A stretch of 64,000 nucleotides of DNA from Rubripirellula sp. (GCA_965216875.1 OZ244207.1:1856001-1920000), one strand, 5' to 3'. Positions 8,243 through 22,921 are shown, counted from the stretch's first letter. The notes: a model not told the origin generated them from the letters alone. Numbers and translations are program-made.

Positions 8243-11194
8243 TCAGTTGGTGTTTCTTGCTTTCGCAATGATCGCCGCATGGGGCTCTGGGATGGGTCGC
8301 ATTTGCTGGTCGACTTTCTTGCCCTGTTTATCTATCGCGTCCGGGTCGGCGCCGGCGGCAAGGAGTTGGTCGAGAACGTTTAGGCTCGCTTGCATCCAGG
8401 ATTCTGGGTCGCGGGGCAAGAACGATTGATACGCATTGTCTCGCCAGAAGACTGAAAAGAGAGGTGTCCTTCCATATCGGTCGCTGACGTTGGGGTCGGC
8501 GCCACGTTCAAGCAGCATCGTCACCAACGGGACATCGAATTGCTCGGTCGCGTGATGCAGCGGCGTTTTGCCATCGTGGTCCTGTTCGTTGATATTGCCG
8601 CCACGCTCAAGGAGTCTTGTGATCTGTTGGAGTTGGCCGTTCTTGGCCGCGGAACAGAGGATGCCAACGTTTTCGTTGAGGTCTGGGGTAACGCCTTGGC
8701 CGGTGAGGTAGCGACAAAAGCCGAATAGGTTCGAACCTGCAGCCAGTCGATAGTAATCGTCTTCGTTCTTGAGTCGGCCGTTGGCAGACAATGATCGTTC
8801 GGCAAGGAAAATGCAGAGATCCAGTCGATCGGTTTGGTCTCCCCAACGGCGCGTGCCAGAAATCGCCGATGCGAGCGGGGTTTGGCCACGCGATGACTTG
8901 GCCAAAGGATCGGCCCCGAAATGGAGCAGGGATTTGCAAATCTCAAAATTTCCAGCCCTCGCATGCAAGTGAAGCGGAGTTTGATTCAGCGCATCAGTGA
9001 TTGCCGTCCAATCTTTGTTGCGGGTCGCGGCGACGGCGGCGAGCATCGGGAACATCTTGGGCCGGCCAGCGTCGACATTCCTCGTCGATCCATTTCCTGA
9101 CCGAGTGGAAATGTGCAACGCGGTATCGCCGCCATAGTACGGCCGCGAATCAGATTGACGCAGCGGATCTGCGCCTGCCGCCAAGAGCATTTGCACGCAC
9201 CGCGATGCACTGAAACGAACCGCTTCGTGCAAAACTGTGAAACCGCGTCGGTTTGCCGAGTTGATCTCGAGCAATCGCTGGCCACTTTCATTTTCGAAAC
9301 CGTGTTCGAGAAAGAGTTCAAGCACATCCCAATGGTCGTTGTAAACCGCCGCATAGAGCGGGCTGTTGCCATGCAGAAAGTACTCGGTGTTGGAGTCGTA
9401 CTCGTACGAGTCGAAAGCAATCGGTTGCCAGAGGTCTTCAGCAGGAAAGGTCTCTAGCAGGTACTTGCAATATTCGTAGTCGCCGCAGAGCGCTGCATGG
9501 TAAAGCGGGTGCGCATAGTCATGGTCGTTGTTGTACCCGGCACTTGTATCGAATGCATCGGGATAGGTGTCCGGAAGGCCGCATGCAATCGCAAGATCAA
9601 GGAGTTCTCGATCGGCGCGCTGATGATAGAGTCTTCGTAAAAGGGCGTGGTCAGCGTCACGGTCGACCTTCAGCTCCGCGCCCTGCTCGACGATGCGCTT
9701 GCAGAGTTGAAAGTTGCCGCCCCCAAAGGCCGCACGAAGCAACACGTCGTCATAAACAATTGGCTTGGCGGCTTCGATCAAGCGAAAGAGTTCAAGATGA
9801 CCAGCACTCGCCGCGACCCGCTCCGGCTGACCTACCGGATACAGACTCTTGAGAGTAGCGCCTGCTTCGATGAGTCGCTTGACGATTGCGAGTCGGGTGG
9901 ATCGGTCGGAAGTTTGAGCCTGTGAAGCGTAGATAAAGGATTGAATCGCGTGCCCCATAGGCTTGAAATCGTCGAGCGGAGCGCCGGCGTCGATGACCTT
10001 GTTGACCATGTCAAGCTGTCCCGATCCGACAGCCAAGTAAAGAAACGCAGGCTCTTGCTTGCTGATTGAATTGAATGCCGCTCCGCGTTCGACCAACAAA
10101 TCGACTGTCTCGGTGGAACCTGACCTGATCGCGAGATGGATGGGGCGCATCTGCGAATTGTCATACATCGGCTGCGAAGGATCGAAGCCTTGATCGAGCA
10201 GATAAACACAAATCTCGGGATTCCCGGCATCTGCTGCCGCATGAAGCAGATTGCGTTGGCGCATTTTGGCTTCGAGATCGGCACCGGCTGCGACAAGACG
10301 CTGAAGCTCTCGTAGGTTGCCGCGTTGGACAGCAGCGAATAGCGACTCGGTCGTTCGTCGTTCCTTCGGACGTGCTGCTTCAACGCGCTTGACGATCCGC
10401 GGTTCTGGGCAACAGGCGAGCAAGTCGCTCAGCGAAAACCGAATCGGGGTGAGTTCGGGAAAAGGTGCCTCAGGGATTTCACGGTCGCATTCAACAACCT
10501 TGTCAACCAAACGAAATTGATCGTGGTAGAGGGTTTTGTCAAACGGGATCTTGGCGTCGTTGGCCAACAACAATTCAAAAACATCGAGCGAACCCGATTC
10601 GATTGCGCCGATAATCGGCGTCTTTGCGCTGGTGTTTTGATGATTGGGGTTGCAGCCAGACTGCAGCAGGAGCGAAACGATGCGCTCGTTCCCCGACCGA
10701 GCCGCAACGTAGAGTGGCGTTTGGCTCCACCGGTTCTTGCCTGAGTAGGGAGCGTAGAGCGGAGGGATGATGTGAACGCCTCGTGTGATGAGCAACTCGA
10801 CGAGGTCGGCCTGTCCTGTGCGAATCGCGGTGAAAACGATCGGCTCGCCACCGTCGTTCCAATTCACGTCGAGCGTCTCTGCGGTGGCCAACTGGTAGGC
10901 AATCGGGTCTTCACGCTCGATGGCGTCTCTAAGTTCAGCGATGCTGCGATCCTGCTGAAAAGGAAGACCGTACGTCGGAAACTGGTCGCGAAGCACGGCC
11001 ATCGCTTCTGTATCAAGAAGCCAGGGGTTGCTGGGGCGTTTTGCCGGGGGCGTTGGTAATTCGTCTGTTGCGACCGCGACCTCGCGAGGCCGGGGACGCT
11101 CGTTGGTGCGATTGAAATACACCAACGAAGCAGCAATCAATACGATCAAAAAGACAGCGGCAAGTAGAATGGTTGCGTTTTTCAACGTAGACAC
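8243..11194 (-). CDS. Large ankyrin-repeat protein with N-terminal membrane anchor
   Basis: Many ANK motifs (TPLYVAA, TPIIGA, PIHLA, TVLHEA, TALH, TPLHLHA, TPLHHA, TPLF) and a hydrophobic N-terminus. Confidence 0.9.
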   Translation of the reverse strand: MSTLKNATILLAAVFLIVLIAASLVYFNRTNERPRPREVAVATDELPTPPAKRPSNPWLLDTEAMAVLRDQFPTYGLPFQQDRSIAELRDAIEREDPIAYQLATAETLDVNWNDGGEPIVFTAIRTGQADLVELLITRGVHIIPPLYAPYSGKNRWSQTPLYVAARSGNERIVSLLLQSGCNPNHQNTSAKTPIIGAIESGSLDVFELLLANDAKIPFDKTLYHDQFRLVDKVVECDREIPEAPFPELTPIRFSLSDLLACCPEPRIVKRVEAARPKERRTTESLFAAVQRGNLRELQRLVAAGADLEAKMRQRNLLHAAADAGNPEICVYLLDQGFDPSQPMYDNSQMRPIHLAIRSGSTETVDLLVERGAAFNSISKQEPAFLYLAVGSGQLDMVNKVIDAGAPLDDFKPMGHAIQSFIYASQAQTSDRSTRLAIVKRLIEAGATLKSLYPVGQPERVAASAGHLELFRLIEAAKPIVYDDVLLRAAFGGGNFQLCKRIVEQGAELKVDRDADHALLRRLYHQRADRELLDLAIACGLPDTYPDAFDTSAGYNNDHDYAHPLYHAALCGDYEYCKYLLETFPAEDLWQPIAFDSYEYDSNTEYFLHGNSPLYAAVYNDHWDVLELFLEHGFENESGQRLLEINSANRRGFTVLHEAVRFSASRCVQMLLAAGADPLRQSDSRPYYGGDTALHISTRSGNGSTRNVDAGRPKMFPMLAAVAATRNKDWTAITDALNQTPLHLHARAGNFEICKSLLHFGADPLAKSSRGQTPLASAISGTRRWGDQTDRLDLCIFLAERSLSANGRLKNEDDYYRLAAGSNLFGFCRYLTGQGVTPDLNENVGILCSAAKNGQLQQITRLLERGGNINEQDHDGKTPLHHATEQFDVPLVTMLLERGADPNVSDRYGRTPLFSVFWRDNAYQSFLPRDPESWMQASLNVLDQLLAAGADPDAIDKQGKKVDQQMRPIPEPHAAIIAKARNTN

Positions 11195-11336
11195 CTCGCA
11201 ATGATTAACACCACGATAGCGGCGATCTCGATTCGATGCTCAAAATTTGCGCCTAGGTCGCCTTAGAATGGTGCCTTGAGTTTTGGCGACCTGCGGCGAT
11301 GCGGGGCGAAACGACACCAGATGAAACAACGGTGGG

Positions 11337-11483
11337 ATGAAAATGGAAGTGTTGGGATTTACGTTTGGAATGGCGGGAATGACCTTTGGGCTGCTCGGCT
11401 TCGTCTTGGCTGTCAACGCCGGTGCGAAAGTCGATGCGTTGGAGGCGAAGCTACGAGATGCCGATTCGGGTGCGTCAAGCTAG
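11337..11483 (+). CDS. 48-aa single-TM/coiled-coil small protein (not in ORF track)
   Basis: MKMEVLGFTFGMAGMTFGLLGFVLAVNAGAKVDALEAKLRDADSGASS*, translated by hand. Confidence 0.55.
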   Translation: MKMEVLGFTFGMAGMTFGLLGFVLAVNAGAKVDALEAKLRDADSGASS

Positions 11484-11664
11484 TGCTACAGATTGCAACA
11501 ACGCTTCCATCAGCAGAAAACCTTGCCAAAGTTCACGCGACGGAGCCGCGACTCGCGTGTAAGCAACCGGGCCCTACTCGCTTTCACCCTGGCTGCGCAT
11601 CGGCAAGGGCCCGAGGCATCACGGCCAACGGTTCACGGGCACTGCCCAAACCGCTCAAGATGTG
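11480..11664 (+). repeat. Dispersed non-coding element, GAGCCG/GGGCCC core
   Basis: Aligns over about 185 nt with the reverse complement of 39659-39840. Begins CTAGTGCTACAGATTGCAA. Confidence 0.9.
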
Positions 11665-11700
11665 GCTTCCTCGACCGGTTCCGATCAGCGACCTGACTTG

Positions 11701-13542
11701 TCATTGGGAAGCTTTTTCCGTGGGTAGCTCCAACAGACGCGCGATCGGATAGCGTCGGTACTCTGGTTCATTGTGCTTGGATCTCTCGTAAAGAAACCGC
11801 AGTTGGGCATCGCGATCGTTGGCGAAATCGGCGTCGGTCTCTCTTTTGGTTTCAAAGTCTTTCCGCAAACTGGAGTCCTCGGTCAGCATCTTTTCTGCGG
11901 TCTCTTCGAACACGTAGCCCGAAAAGTATTCCTTGCGCTGGAGAATGGAGTCGAACTCGTTCCAGCGGAAGAGCGAATCGCTCGCTTCCGGTTCGAGAGT
12001 CTCAACGATGTAGCGGCTGCGCCACTGATCGAGTGGAACGATGACATCGCTCGCCATCACATTGACCTGACAACGGTTCGCTTCCACCGAGACGTTGTCG
12101 TGAAAATAGTGCCCCTCGTAGGGTGAGGTCCGCGAGCTAAAGTCAGTGATCGAATAGACCTCGGCGCTGAGTGAGGTCTCCTCCTTCGCCACGATCATCG
12201 CGACGCCATTGGTTTTCAGCCGATCGATGACTCGACGCCAGCCGCGCGGGACGAGGTAGCCTCGCGGCAACTCGACAGTGGTTGCGGGAATGTAATGATT
12301 GTGAAACGGGATCGATCGAACGAATGGCTTTGCGCGATCATAGAAAAGCCGTTTGCCAGTTGTAACACTGCTGTCGACATACGAAGCGGCGAAGCCATGA
12401 AACATCAGATCCGTCTTGACTGAACGGTCGAGTTTCCATTGCAGTGTCGCCTGTTTCTGTCCTTGGTAGGCGGTCCGATCGCGTGACTGAAGCAGATCGA
12501 TTGCCTTGCGGTGGCGGACGAGAAGATCGGCGGCTTCTTCCAAGAAAGCGAGGGTCGCTCGAACCCGCGTTGGGAATGGCTTGAGCATATGCGTTTCGGT
12601 CATGAACCCAATGGTCTGGAACAGAGCCGCGTAACCTGTTGAATAGCGCGGCGTGTCCAGGAACTGGCTGTATCCTTGCTCGGGAGGCTTGCCGCCAGAG
12701 TTCACATAGGGAACGGTTGGGAAGCCACGTTGGTTCATGCGTTCAAACAGCTGCGGCTGAAACGTTCCGTCAAGAAACTGGCCCAGTTCGAATCCAAGCT
12801 TGTCTTTCTGGCTGTGGGCCGTCGTCATCACATGTTGGTAATCGGCTCCGTTGGAAACATGGGTGTCGATCAACAAGTCCGGTTGTAGCAACTGAAAGAG
12901 CGCCGCAAAGCTGCGCGCGTTTTCCGTGTCGCACTTGATAAAGTCTCGATTCAAGTCGAAGTTGCGCGCGTTGCCGCGAAAGCCATAGCGTGCTGGTCCA
13001 TTTTGGTTCGCGCGTGAATGCTCATTCCGATTCAGCGCCCCGCCAATGTTGTAAACCGGAATGATGGCGACCACCAACGCATCGAGCAGCTTTGCGTTTT
13101 CGGGTTGAGTCGCGAGGTCCCGTGCGAACGCCATCGACGCATCGATCCCATCGGGTTCACCCGGATGGATCGCATTGTTGATCAACAGAACCGAACGATC
13201 GAGCGACGCGATCTGAGCAAGCGAACGCGGAGCATCGGAAACCAGCACGACACGCAAGGGCTCGCCCGAATCGGTCAAACCAAACGTCTGGATCGAGACA
13301 CCTTGGTGAGCCTCTGCAAGTCCTTCGTAAAATGCGATCGTCGAGTGATAGTCCGAAGAGACGCGTCCGTCACTCGATTCGAAGGGAGTGATCAGCGTGT
13401 CGGCGGCGCGGCTCGGATTGGGCTGCTGAGCGGGAGCTGGTTGCTGTTTTGGCGCCGCTTGCTGGGAGAACGCGATGGGGTGACCGATCAGGCTGACGCC
13501 GAGAATCGAGACTACAAGTCGGCTCAATCGCTGAAGATTCAT
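11701..13542 (-). CDS. M14 family zinc carboxypeptidase, secreted
   Basis: Signal peptide, HxxE 'IHPGE', 'DLNRDF', 'DTH'. Confidence 0.85.
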   Translation of the reverse strand: MNLQRLSRLVVSILGVSLIGHPIAFSQQAAPKQQPAPAQQPNPSRAADTLITPFESSDGRVSSDYHSTIAFYEGLAEAHQGVSIQTFGLTDSGEPLRVVLVSDAPRSLAQIASLDRSVLLINNAIHPGEPDGIDASMAFARDLATQPENAKLLDALVVAIIPVYNIGGALNRNEHSRANQNGPARYGFRGNARNFDLNRDFIKCDTENARSFAALFQLLQPDLLIDTHVSNGADYQHVMTTAHSQKDKLGFELGQFLDGTFQPQLFERMNQRGFPTVPYVNSGGKPPEQGYSQFLDTPRYSTGYAALFQTIGFMTETHMLKPFPTRVRATLAFLEEAADLLVRHRKAIDLLQSRDRTAYQGQKQATLQWKLDRSVKTDLMFHGFAASYVDSSVTTGKRLFYDRAKPFVRSIPFHNHYIPATTVELPRGYLVPRGWRRVIDRLKTNGVAMIVAKEETSLSAEVYSITDFSSRTSPYEGHYFHDNVSVEANRCQVNVMASDVIVPLDQWRSRYIVETLEPEASDSLFRWNEFDSILQRKEYFSGYVFEETAEKMLTEDSSLRKDFETKRETDADFANDRDAQLRFLYERSKHNEPEYRRYPIARLLELPTEKASQ

Positions 13543-13764
13543 GCTGTTGACTACTCATCGTTCCGTTTAGAGGAACAAGAGTATAGCGGCCCATTTGAGC
13601 GAGTCGGGAATCGCTCGTGTGCTGGCGGTGGCGAGCGTCGTCAATCACCGCATGAGGGTATGGTTCACGCGACCTAGGGGGCGATTTTGTAACGCTTCGT
13701 GTCCGATGCGGCGGGACGAAGTGAAAGTGCCAAAATCTTGAGTACCTGGCCCGGGGCAGATCGG

Positions 13765-13977
13765 TTATTCGATCGCACCACCCTGTCCGTAATCGACGGG
13801 AATCAATTCAACATCTTCTTCGGGCGCAAACGACTCGATCTCAGGAGATTCTGGTTCATCCCCTGACGCATATCGAATGAGCTCAGCATGTTCCTTGTCC
13901 GACTTGCGGTACATGTTGCCACTAAACAGGAACAGTTGACCAACATTCAGTTGTTGGAAGTGTTGAATCTCTAGCAT
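13765..13977 (-). CDS. Small hypothetical protein
   Basis: 70-aa ATG ORF with protein-like composition ('F.QLNVGQLF') filling an intergenic gap. Confidence 0.6.
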   Translation of the reverse strand: MLEIQHFQQLNVGQLFLFSGNMYRKSDKEHAELIRYASGDEPESPEIESFAPEEDVELIPVDYGQGGAIE

Positions 13978-14082
13978 GTGTGATGATCGCAGTACAAACT
14001 AAAACGACCTCCTGTCGCTCCACAGACGAGTCTGAGTGAGTCTATATGACGGATCCGAGGCGATAGAATGATTCGGGCTTCA

Positions 14083-14100
14083 GTTGCGGTAAACCGCAAC
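14083..14100. promoter_or_regulatory. 18-bp palindrome (operator or hairpin)
   Basis: GTTGCGGT-AA-ACCGCAAC, just downstream of the 14118 stop and upstream of the 13977 gene. Confidence 0.3.
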
Positions 14101-14117
14101 GGGTGTTGCGTAAGCGA

Positions 14118-18458
<4,341 letters not shown>

Positions 18459-18642
18459 GTTGGATGCGACCGAATGCGGAGGGGAGGGCGGGGCAAGGGG
18501 AGGGAACCCTAGGATACCAGCTCGACGCGGCAACGATGTGTGAACCCTGGCCGGGTGCAGCTCGTAGTGAAGCAAGTCATGTTTCCGGAGACTTTGGTAG
18601 TCGCTGGGCGAATAGGGAATCGCGATCAAAGGGAGACAGGAA

Positions 18643-20337
18643 ATGGCGGGTGATTTGCAGGGAATTGCCAGCGACGCTGAGCCGATCGACGCTGAGCTGA
18701 TCGAGTCGATACCGGGCCGGGAGCTCTTTGCGATGGCAGCCTGGACGGCCTTGGCGGACCTGCTGATCTTTCGCGGGTCGGGTTTCCTTGGCCCAGCTGT
18801 CTTTCTGGCGATGACCCCGATCTTGTTTTGGGTTGTGAGTGCCGGCTCCCAGAACACGCGGCTCATGGGAGGCTGGGTTCGGCGCATTGTTGTTGCACTC
18901 TGCGCGTTGGTTGCGTTGCGTCTGGGTTGGTCCGGCTCTCCCCTCGCCGTCTTCTCTGGAGTTGTCCTCGTTGTCGCGCTTTCGATGGCGTCGGCGGGCT
19001 ACGTGCCCTACGTGCTCGAAGGCATGGTCTTGGCGATGCGATCAGCGTTTGATGGCATCTACCGACTTGCAAAGATCCGGCTTACACGCTGGGCTGCACC
19101 TTCGGTACCTCAGAGCAACCCTACCGGCGGCCAGCCGTCGGACGCGGAATCGGTCGAGATGTCCGACGTTGACGCTTCCAGTCATCGTGACGTCGGGATC
19201 GAGACGGCGACCGCTGGCGGCTCGGGATTGGTGGCCTATGTGTTGCCAATGGTAGCCATGACCGTCTTCGGCGCCATTTTCGTTTTTGCCAACCCGAACC
19301 TTTTTGATTGGGTCTCGACACGCCTCGAGACGTTCGTGCTTGAAATTCAATCGTTTGTGCTTGGGATGTCGATTTGGGAAATACCGTTCTGCATCCTTGC
19401 CCTGGTTGTTGGCGCCGGATTGCTGCGCCCCATGCTACCGCTAGCACGCATCGGTCCTGAGGCGTCCGCGGTGCCATTGGCTTCGGTCCATCATGCGTCG
19501 CGTTTCTATGCCGCGTATCGCAACACGCTGGTCACGCTGATCGGATTGTTTGCCGCCTATCTTGCGTTCGAATTCGTGACGCTCTGGAAACGAGACTTCC
19601 CGGACGGATTCTACTACGCCGGCTACGCTCACCAAGGCGCGGCGTGGTTGACATACGCGTTGGCTCTGGCGACAGCGCTGCTGTCACTCATCTTTGGCGG
19701 TTCGATGTTGCGAGACCAACGCGAACCGGCGCTGCGAAAGTTGGCCTGGGTTTGGTCAGCGCAAAACCTTCTGCTTGCTGCAGCGGTTTACAACCGTTTG
19801 ATGATTTACGTCGGCTACAACGGCCTGACTCGTCTGCGTATGGTCGGTTTCTTCGGCATCACGCTGGTCGTGATCGGATTTGTGTTGGTGCTTTACAAGA
19901 TCAAAACGCGGCGCAGTTTTTGGTGGTTGATTCGGTCTCAGTTGGTCGCGTTTGTCTTGACCGTGATCGCTTACAGCATTGTGCCGATCGACTATGTCGT
20001 GAATCGCTACAACGTCGCGGTTGTTCAATCGGGCTACCTGCACCCCGTGGTGATGATCGCCGTCAAGCCGACTCAGGACGAGGGCGTCTATCCAGTGCTT
20101 GACTTGGTTGACCACAACGACCCGGTGATCCGCGACGGTATTCGGGCTTTGATCGCCGAGCGGCAGGTTCGCATCGAAGACAATGCGCCGAATCATTGGA
20201 CCGAGTATCAACTTTCCACCTGGTTGCTCGATCGCCGTTTGAAGCAAGAGGAACAAGCGTGGATCGAATTTTGGGACCCCGTCAAACGCAAGATCGCGCT
20301 CGACAAGTTCAAAGAACACGCGATGCAGTGGTATTGA
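18643..20337 (+). CDS. DUF4173/DUF4153-type multi-pass membrane protein
   Basis: About 11 TM. 'F.FANP', 'YAGYAHQG', 'RL.IYV.YNGLT.LR'. Confidence 0.75.
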   Translation: MAGDLQGIASDAEPIDAELIESIPGRELFAMAAWTALADLLIFRGSGFLGPAVFLAMTPILFWVVSAGSQNTRLMGGWVRRIVVALCALVALRLGWSGSPLAVFSGVVLVVALSMASAGYVPYVLEGMVLAMRSAFDGIYRLAKIRLTRWAAPSVPQSNPTGGQPSDAESVEMSDVDASSHRDVGIETATAGGSGLVAYVLPMVAMTVFGAIFVFANPNLFDWVSTRLETFVLEIQSFVLGMSIWEIPFCILALVVGAGLLRPMLPLARIGPEASAVPLASVHHASRFYAAYRNTLVTLIGLFAAYLAFEFVTLWKRDFPDGFYYAGYAHQGAAWLTYALALATALLSLIFGGSMLRDQREPALRKLAWVWSAQNLLLAAAVYNRLMIYVGYNGLTRLRMVGFFGITLVVIGFVLVLYKIKTRRSFWWLIRSQLVAFVLTVIAYSIVPIDYVVNRYNVAVVQSGYLHPVVMIAVKPTQDEGVYPVLDLVDHNDPVIRDGIRALIAERQVRIEDNAPNHWTEYQLSTWLLDRRLKQEEQAWIEFWDPVKRKIALDKFKEHAMQWY

Positions 20338-20417
20338 GTGACATTCTTGCGTGCCAGCACACGCGACGATGCAGTAGCGTGTGTGCTTGTAAGCACCAAG
20401 ACCAAGCGACCAGCTTG

Positions 20418-21860
20418 TTACAGAATCGGGGCAAAGAGACGTGCGAAGCTCGAGCCGACGCGTTGAATGGTTGTGCGGCTCGCAAGTTGCTCTTCAGTGA
20501 TTTCGGTCGACTTCTCGAAATCGCGTTTCAGCATCTCCTTGACGTCGACACTGAAATCGGGGTCGATGGTCAGAACGGAGACTTCAAAGTTTAGGCGAAA
20601 CGAACGGTTGTCGAAGTTGGCAGTGCCGATCACTGAGACTTGATCGTCCAGCAGCATGACCTTTTGGTGCATGAACCCGTCACCGTATTCGAAGATCTTC
20701 ACGCCAGCACGCACGGCCTCTTCGACGTACGCCATTGCTGCCATCTTGATGAATGCCTTGTCGGCCAACCCTGGGATGATGACTCGAACGTCGACTCCAC
20801 GAAACGCGGCCAGCATGAGCGCGGTCATGATGCCTTCGTCGGGGACAAAGTAGGGCGTCGCGATCCAGATCCGTTCCGATGCGGAGTTGATCGCGTGGGT
20901 GAAGAAGAAACCGCAAGTTTCGTATTCGTCGGCAGGCCCGCTGGGTAGGACAAACACCGTTTGATCGCCTTCCTGGGCGGCGACCGGTTCCCAGTCAATG
21001 TCAGGCATCTGTTCGGTCGCCCAATGCCAATCTTCGACGAAGGCCAGTTGCGCGGCGATCACAGCGGGGCCCTCGATCGACATGTGCGTGTCGCGCCAGG
21101 GCGTCAAGCGACGGTCCAAGCCGAGGTATTCGTCGCCGACGTTGTGGCCGCCAATGAAGCCGACCTTGCCATCGACGATGACAATCTTTCGATGGTTGCG
21201 GAAATTGAGTTGGAATCGGTTCCAACGGCCACGGGTTGTGTTCATTCCGGTGACTGCGACGCCCGCCTCGGTCAGGTCGCGCACATACCGGCGGGTCATG
21301 TGAGCTGATCCGATGTTGTCGTAAAGGACAGAGACATCCACTCCAGCCTTGGATCGCCGGATCAGGCAATCTTTGAGTCGTTTGCCTAGTTCGTCGTCGT
21401 TGATGATAAAGAACTCGACGAGCACATAGTTCTCGGCTTTTTCGATTGCCTCGAAGATTGCCTCAAACGTTTCGTTTCCATCGACAAGCAAACCGACTCG
21501 GTTGCCGCTCAAGAACCTCATCCGGGCGAGCTTCTCGACGGCGCGAGCTTCGCCGAACTTGCTGCCGATGTCGTCCATGTAGGGTTGTACCTTCGGACGC
21601 AATTCTGCGAGCACCGAAAAGACGCCATCAATGCGTTGTCGCCGAGCAGTCACGTACCCGTGAAATCGATTGCGGCCCAAGATCCAATAGGCAGGGACAG
21701 CCAGGTACGGCAACGTGAGCAAACAAACGACCCAAGCAATCGCACCTTGTGACGTGCGAGCTGTCAGCACGGCTTGGATCGCGGACAAGATTCCCAGCCC
21801 GGTAAAGACCAGCATGAGGGCGCCGATCAAGCCAAGTTCTTGTGCCGAGAAATCAATCAT
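20418..21860 (-). CDS. cls: Cardiolipin synthase
   Basis: N-terminal PLDc_N with 2 TM, two HKD motifs (NHRKIVIVD, HQKVMLLD), 'TPYFVP', 'NFDNRSF.LNFE'. Confidence 0.93.
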   Translation of the reverse strand: MIDFSAQELGLIGALMLVFTGLGILSAIQAVLTARTSQGAIAWVVCLLTLPYLAVPAYWILGRNRFHGYVTARRQRIDGVFSVLAELRPKVQPYMDDIGSKFGEARAVEKLARMRFLSGNRVGLLVDGNETFEAIFEAIEKAENYVLVEFFIINDDELGKRLKDCLIRRSKAGVDVSVLYDNIGSAHMTRRYVRDLTEAGVAVTGMNTTRGRWNRFQLNFRNHRKIVIVDGKVGFIGGHNVGDEYLGLDRRLTPWRDTHMSIEGPAVIAAQLAFVEDWHWATEQMPDIDWEPVAAQEGDQTVFVLPSGPADEYETCGFFFTHAINSASERIWIATPYFVPDEGIMTALMLAAFRGVDVRVIIPGLADKAFIKMAAMAYVEEAVRAGVKIFEYGDGFMHQKVMLLDDQVSVIGTANFDNRSFRLNFEVSVLTIDPDFSVDVKEMLKRDFEKSTEITEEQLASRTTIQRVGSSFARLFAPIL

Positions 21861-21945
21861 GCCGAAAGTCTATCACTTTCAATGTCTCTGTCAGACGTCC
21901 GTCCTTGCCAAACGTTTGTTATTGGTAAACGTCTGAAGCGGACGA

Positions 21946-22857
21946 CTACGACGACCCGTAAAGTAAATCCAAAAAGGTGACACACAGGGTCATCGTGTTG
22001 AGGACCATGTGGACGGTCAATGGAACGAGAAAACGGCCGGTCTGGCGATAAAGGTATCCGATGGCGAGCGAGAAGAAGAACAGCGGGATGTAGGCGGCGC
22101 CCTGTCCGTAGTGAAGCATCGCGAAGATGAGACTCGTCACGATCAATGGCCAATCAGAACGCGGTACCCAACGCCCCTGTTCATCATCACGGTCGGCCAT
22201 CGATTGGAGTCCACCTTGCAGTAACAGTCGAAATCCGAACTCTTCCAAGAAGGGCCCGACAAAGGCGGTCGTGACAAGCATCGTCGCAAACAGCGAGAGG
22301 CTCGGTGAATCCTTGAGGTCATCCAAGACAGGGTGGTGGTAGGGCGCCACGTAGGACGCCGCCAGGTTGATCAAGAGGACTGGTGGAATGATCAAAATCG
22401 AAGCGAACAGCCCCATGCGAATGTCTTCGCTACGGAATCGAAGGCCGAGATCGCCAATCCAGTCTGGAGTCCTGCGTCGAAGCCAAGCAAGGGTCAGGAC
22501 CACCGCACCGAGTCCAGCAATCGACGCGGCAACTCGCATTCCCATCATCGACCAGATGCCGTCAATGACTTTTCGCGTGGAGGTGGAAGTCAGTTGAGAA
22601 TCAGCAAGCGTGTCTGTTTCGACAAACGTGATCCAACCTTGGGCCACAAAGTACTGCTGGGCAACCAGCATCAGCATCAGCTGTAGGCCAAGGAAGACAA
22701 GGAAGTCAGAGGCACGCCAAAAGGGGCGTCGTCTCGGCACCGGTTCGACAAGCGGGTTGTTCGGCGACTGACGATAGCGGGCCAACACCCACAACCATCC
22801 GGCAATGCAGGGTAAAAGCAACACCGCAAGCAGGAGTACCTCGATGGTTTGCGGCAT
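21946..22857 (-). CDS. CPBP (CAAX/Abi) intramembrane glutamic protease
   Basis: 'EE.GFR', 'S.IFA.LH', 'H...N' motifs and multiple TM. Confidence 0.88.
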   Translation of the reverse strand: MPQTIEVLLLAVLLLPCIAGWLWVLARYRQSPNNPLVEPVPRRRPFWRASDFLVFLGLQLMLMLVAQQYFVAQGWITFVETDTLADSQLTSTSTRKVIDGIWSMMGMRVAASIAGLGAVVLTLAWLRRRTPDWIGDLGLRFRSEDIRMGLFASILIIPPVLLINLAASYVAPYHHPVLDDLKDSPSLSLFATMLVTTAFVGPFLEEFGFRLLLQGGLQSMADRDDEQGRWVPRSDWPLIVTSLIFAMLHYGQGAAYIPLFFFSLAIGYLYRQTGRFLVPLTVHMVLNTMTLCVTFLDLLYGSS

Positions 22858-22921
22858 GCTTGTTCGTTCCTCGAGAAAATCGCAAGCCCTGGCCGCAACG
22901 CCCGGATCGGGTCAAACGGGA

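Noticed and set aside
11276..11752. 158-aa ORF, and similarly 5587-6027 and 39677-40135
   Set aside because: These run through palindromic repeat elements and have non-protein-like composition.
18459..18887. Long N-terminal extensions in the ORF track (also for gmd, fcl, the PQQ-like, acyl-CoA dehydrogenase and SpoIIE genes)
   Set aside because: They overlap other genes or precede clear signal peptides or conserved starts, so downstream starts were chosen.
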